64,000 nucleotides of DNA from a bacterium (GTDB taxonomy: Bacteria > Auribacterota > UBA6266): positions 1,925,507 to 1,989,506 of the forward strand of contig JALOBK010000001.1 of the NCBI GenBank assembly GCA_023228325.1. Direction: 5' to 3'. This document shows, one piece after another, positions 62,692 through 64,000 of the stretch; positions within the stretch are counted from its first letter, which is position 1, and the number at the start of each line of letters is the position of its first letter. The notes beneath the pieces are model-generated. The model made no database searches. It had not been told where the DNA came from and saw only the letters and a program-made list of their open reading frames with translations. The position numbers and the translations under genes are program-made.

Positions 62692-62736
62692 CCCCTTTTC
62701 CAAAGTTGACATTTGTCAAGGGGATGTCAACTTTCC
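62692..62736. other. interleaved (pseudoknot-topology) palindromes containing TTGACA/TGTCAA hexamers
   Basis: CCCCTT..AAGGGG interleaved with AAAGTTGACAT..ATGTCAACTTT; TTGACA/TGTCAA occurs four times between 62668 and 62731. Confidence 0.5.
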
Positions 62737-62763
62737 GTTTATGCCCTCATATGCTTCAGATAG

Positions 62764-62866
62764 TATACTGACCCCAGTTAACAAACGGCGTATTTTAAGT
62801 TACAATAGAGCTCGTTGCTAACTTAAAAATCCATCGGCTAACGGGGATCATTACACTCCGGTACCC
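62764..62866. repeat. degenerate direct repeat B (longer copy of repeat A with an insertion of about 25 bp)
   Basis: tatactgaccccagttaacaaa...gctaacttaaaaa...ggggatcattacac. Confidence 0.5.
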
Positions 62867-62992
62867 TCAGTCGCTTGCCTCTCATCTACCTGTTTGGAAT
62901 ATTGGTGAAATGAGAAAGTATTTTTAACTCTTCGTGACGATATTTATATATGATCGAAAAAGTAAATTATGGCATTGTTAAAAATCATTCAA

Positions 62993-63247
62993 TTAATGGG
63001 GCTTTTGCCTTTTTTTAATTATTACTATAATAACAAATAAAATAAAAGCTCCGATGGCAAGGTTGGTACTATACATTGAATATGAATCATAAGCTATAGC
63101 TTTTCTTTGCTCTTTTGTAGGATTAAAATTAATGTCACCTGATCTTTTTGCAGCCACGGGTGAAAGCTCTTGAGACTTAAATTCAAAATATATTGCTAAG
63201 ATAGAAAACAATAACACTGCAACTAAAAATATAACTACCCATCTCAT
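62993..63247 (-). CDS. small two-TM membrane protein, putative immunity protein for the upstream Rhs C-terminal toxin
   Basis: directly follows the Rhs tip; two hydrophobic helices; very AT-rich; start taken at MRWVV with an AAGGGGG RBS (the track start 63277 abuts the rhs stop). Confidence 0.5.
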   Translation of the reverse strand: MRWVVIFLVAVLLFSILAIYFEFKSQELSPVAAKRSGDINFNPTKEQRKAIAYDSYSMYSTNLAIGAFILFVIIVIIKKRQKPH

Positions 63248-63277
63248 TTTAAGCGCCCCCTTAACAATAAAGTACAT

Positions 63278-64000
63278 TTATCTCTGTTGCCATCTATTAA
63301 CAAGACCTGTATAAGTTCTAACTATATCTTGAATACCACCTCTATAATACCATACACCATTTTCCCCTTCATACCATCCTTCTTGCCCCCTTCTTGAAGC
63401 CATTGTATCAACTCCCTCCGCTTGTTCTAAACACCCTGTATGATAGAACTGCTTCCAACGACTCCCCTCATAAGCATTTGGATTCCAATAACCAAAAACG
63501 GGTATAAGACGTCTCCATTGCGCTCTCCGATGTTGCTTATTATACCAATCGTTTATTGCCTTAATGTTTTCCGCATGAGTATTTGTATAAGATACATTTG
63601 GTCTGTCAGTAGGTTGTATGGGCGGGTTAAGGGTAAATAATCCAAATGGGTCAATTAAGTTTACACTATTATTTTGACAAAATTGATATAAGTTACTACT
63701 ATCATAATAATTAAGCGGATCAACCTGCAAAAATCTACCTAGATCACTCGAATAAATTCTTTCCCTATAATAATACAATCCTGTCTCTTTATCAAAGATT
63801 CTCCCTGTGAAAAAGCGGGTATTATTTATGGCAGATTCAGACAAGGTATTATTTTGAGCATCCTTTATGGTGATATTCCCGTAGGCATCATAGAAGTATT
63901 TTTCTACTATGGCGGCATTGCTGTCAGTGATGGTTACTACTGAACCCAATCCATCCTTGTGGTAGTAATAATCAACAGGGTCCTGGCCGGTGTAGTCTGT
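63278..64000 (-). CDS. rhs: Rhs/YD-repeat protein, C-terminal end (partial; continues upstream beyond the window): last YD repeats, DPxGL core boundary, about 119-aa variable toxin domain
   Basis: YYHKDGLGSVVTITD and YYYRERIYSSDLGRFLQVDP YD-repeat consensus; DPFGL cleavage-type motif at about 63638-63652; the reading frame stays open to the window edge. Confidence 0.8.
   Translation of the reverse strand, partial: TDYTGQDPVDYYYHKDGLGSVVTITDSNAAIVEKYFYDAYGNITIKDAQNNTLSESAINNTRFFTGRIFDKETGLYYYRERIYSSDLGRFLQVDPLNYYDSSNLYQFCQNNSVNLIDPFGLFTLNPPIQPTDRPNVSYTNTHAENIKAINDWYNKQHRRAQWRRLIPVFGYWNPNAYEGSRWKQFYHTGCLEQAEGVDTMASRRGQEGWYEGENGVWYYRGGIQDIVRTYTGLVNRWQQR

Noticed and set aside
62404-62992. tRNA gene or tRNA-derived att site in the repeat-rich spacer (ggttcaacag resembles a T-loop)
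   Set aside because: No cloverleaf can be drawn. There is no acceptor stem, no CCA-proximal T-arm pairing and no anticodon arm.

Overview
This is a 64-kb chromosomal window from a moderately AT-rich bacterium with dense, mostly housekeeping coding. Left to right it holds a KtrAB potassium uptake pair and a glycogen/alpha-glucan cluster (orphan sugar-binding protein, glgA, GalT-like transferase, GH57 enzyme). That cluster ends in a translationally coupled Cys-rich mini-protein plus secreted protein. Next comes a 736-bp non-coding convergent gap with tandem MITE-like palindromic elements, a cluster of DnaA-box-like 9-mers and a clean terminator. From there to the window end, 49 consecutive CDS all lie on the minus strand. 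They include a REC-GGDEF regulator with a degenerate A-site, lepB-lepA, rpe, M16 and U32 peptidases, ruvX, manC and a fused his(DCBHAFI)-trp(EG-patatin-DCFBA) supraoperon with a patatin gene inserted inside trp. Further on are an SPFH protein, fbaB, gpmA, an orphan STAS protein, yjbQ, a short alaS, degP, recA, thpR, cinA, a signal-peptide DJ-1, an EndoIII-like protein, coaX, birA, nadC, uvrB, valS, cimA, lysC, an archaeal-type iPGM homologue inside a hom-thrC cluster (candidate missing homoserine kinase), a PAS/GAF hybrid histidine kinase and a membrane GGDEF cyclase. The window ends in a repeat-rich spacer and the very AT-rich C-terminal toxin tip plus putative immunity gene of an Rhs/YD-repeat protein that continues past the window edge. 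The ORF caller used GTG and TTG starts for several genes. Coordinates I derived by hand may be off by 1-2 nt.
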